Both the position numbers and the translations under genes were made by a program. Under the pieces are notes generated by a model. That model did no database searches, was not told the DNA's origin, and was given only the letters and a program-made list of their open reading frames with translations. From assembly GCA_030704615.1 (NCBI GenBank), contig CM060731.1, positions 48,732,001 through 48,796,000 of the forward strand: DNA of 64,000 bases, read 5' to 3'. This DNA is from Takakia lepidozioides. Taxonomy: Eukaryota > Plantae > Bryophyta. Positions 62,664 to 64,000 of this stretch are shown in pieces (within the stretch, counting starts at the first letter, position 1; each line of letters opens with the position of its first letter).

Positions 62664-63802
62664 CTTGAGAATGCACCAGGGACAAGGCTCAGTCGTGCCT
62701 TGCACCAAAAAACATCCGCTTGAATATGTGTTTCGAAGTTCTGAAGCGGCTCACGCTATGCCTGACTTCAACCACAATACCCAAGTACGCAAGTACTCAC
62801 ACAGCGGCTTCGTCAGTAGACATTGCTTCAGTACTTCGCATGATTCAAGTATCGGTCCTAACACGACGCTGTTCACCCTGTACTCTCCAAACAGCCTCAG
62901 CAATGATATCTTGTCCTTCCTGGTTGACGGGTTCATATAGCGCACCTCAAGCTGACTTTTTCAACACGGAGAAACGAACTCTGAGACAGGCTGCAGCTTG
63001 TACTCCAAAAGCCCATCTCCCTGTCTTGCCGCAGGAGGTGGGATTGACTTCCAGGAGGAGCAAAGAAAGAAGGAACGGGTCAAAACGTGACGCCATAGCT
63101 GCTCCATAGTCAATAGCTTCAGGGCCATAGCGGCCAAGTGGGCACTTTAAAACCTCCCCTTTTTCTTTAGTCAGTAGGTACGATTCCAGGATTGGACTGC
63201 TCATATCTCATCATCCAAAACGAGACAATTATAGGAGACTACGAGAGCACAAGCACTCATCAGTGTCTCCATCCCATCCTCGCAACGAGCACGCTCTATA
63301 AAAATCCTTGGGACTTCCCAGTGAGATCATGATATCCTCGCCGCTCTGGCACGGCACTCGAATGGCACTTGGAGCTGTTCACCAAAGCAGCGCTTCCGAG
63401 ACTTTTTGTGTATCTACTCTTAGCCGATTCCCAGGAGGGTTACCATGTATGACAATGGGATTCATTTAGTTTATGAGTGGAAAATGCACACATCCCTGTG
63501 AAGTGGACGTTCATGTGGGCCACCACAGCACTCAACCACCGTTGTTCTCAACATGATTCTCATGGTCGAAGTGCAACAATAGTCGGGTTGATTTCCTTTG
63601 TGAAGAAGGATTGTTTGCTCGTTCGAACAATCATGCAGTCTTTTGAAATTACTCATGTGGGTGAATTTCGTTTGAGATGACCATCATTCATAACCAACCT
63701 TTTGACCTTTTCATCTGTTTGCCTTTTAGTAGCAATCTGGGTGGGCGCACATTAGAAAAGCCCTGGGAGTTTAATGCGACCCCTTCCGTCCTGCGTGCGT
63801 GG

Positions 63803-63968
63803 CACCCCCCCCCCACCCCAGCCGCACCCCTTCGCCGGCTCCTGCGCGGCTCGCGGTCGCTGCGCCCCGGCGCCCTCTCGCCAGCCCACCCCTCACGCCC
63901 CCATCCCCCTGCCCCCCGCCATCCCCCTCCCCGCCCGCCCGCCCTCCCCGCCCCCCGCCCGCCGGCCG
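63803..63968 (-). other. Very GC-rich, strand-biased tract with G-quadruplex potential
   Basis: Many C3-C9 runs on the + strand (G-runs on the - strand) within ~165 bp. Confidence 0.5.
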
Positions 63969-64000
63969 TCACCACACCACATGAACTTTGTGGCACATGA

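Noticed and set aside
63677-64000. Pro-rich/Gly-rich ORFs (extensin-like)
   Set aside because: Open on both strands because of GC low complexity; no signal peptide or SP4 repeats.

Overview
Eukaryotic, gene-dense land-plant nuclear DNA with short spliceosomal GT-AG introns. The compactness, PLS-type PPR repeats and a bryophyte-type alpha/beta-hydrolase suggest a non-seed plant, most like a hornwort or other bryophyte (inference). I reconstructed exons by hand for eight recognisable genes: the 3' part of WDHD1/CTF4, an intronless SEC23/24-family gene, LESV, RRP9/U3-55K (-), FKBP42/TWD1, glyoxalase II (-), a malectin-LRR receptor-like protein and a GH5 endo-beta-mannanase. Two intronless small ORFs share an LxxLRDxYV motif. 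Accessory blocks are: a decayed 5'-truncated LINE with a target-site duplication (4.0-8.0 kb); a rearranged pseudogene mosaic in which a PPR array interrupts a hydrolase exon (17-19 kb); a transposon nest of an LTR remnant plus hAT-in-hAT elements (19.6-24.8 kb); and an AT-rich repeat region (43-49 kb). That last region holds a GC-richer, highly structured ~180-nt island with a degenerate minimal-hammerhead-like motif. No CRISPR array or prokaryotic system is supported. Family assignments come from remembered motifs, not database searches.
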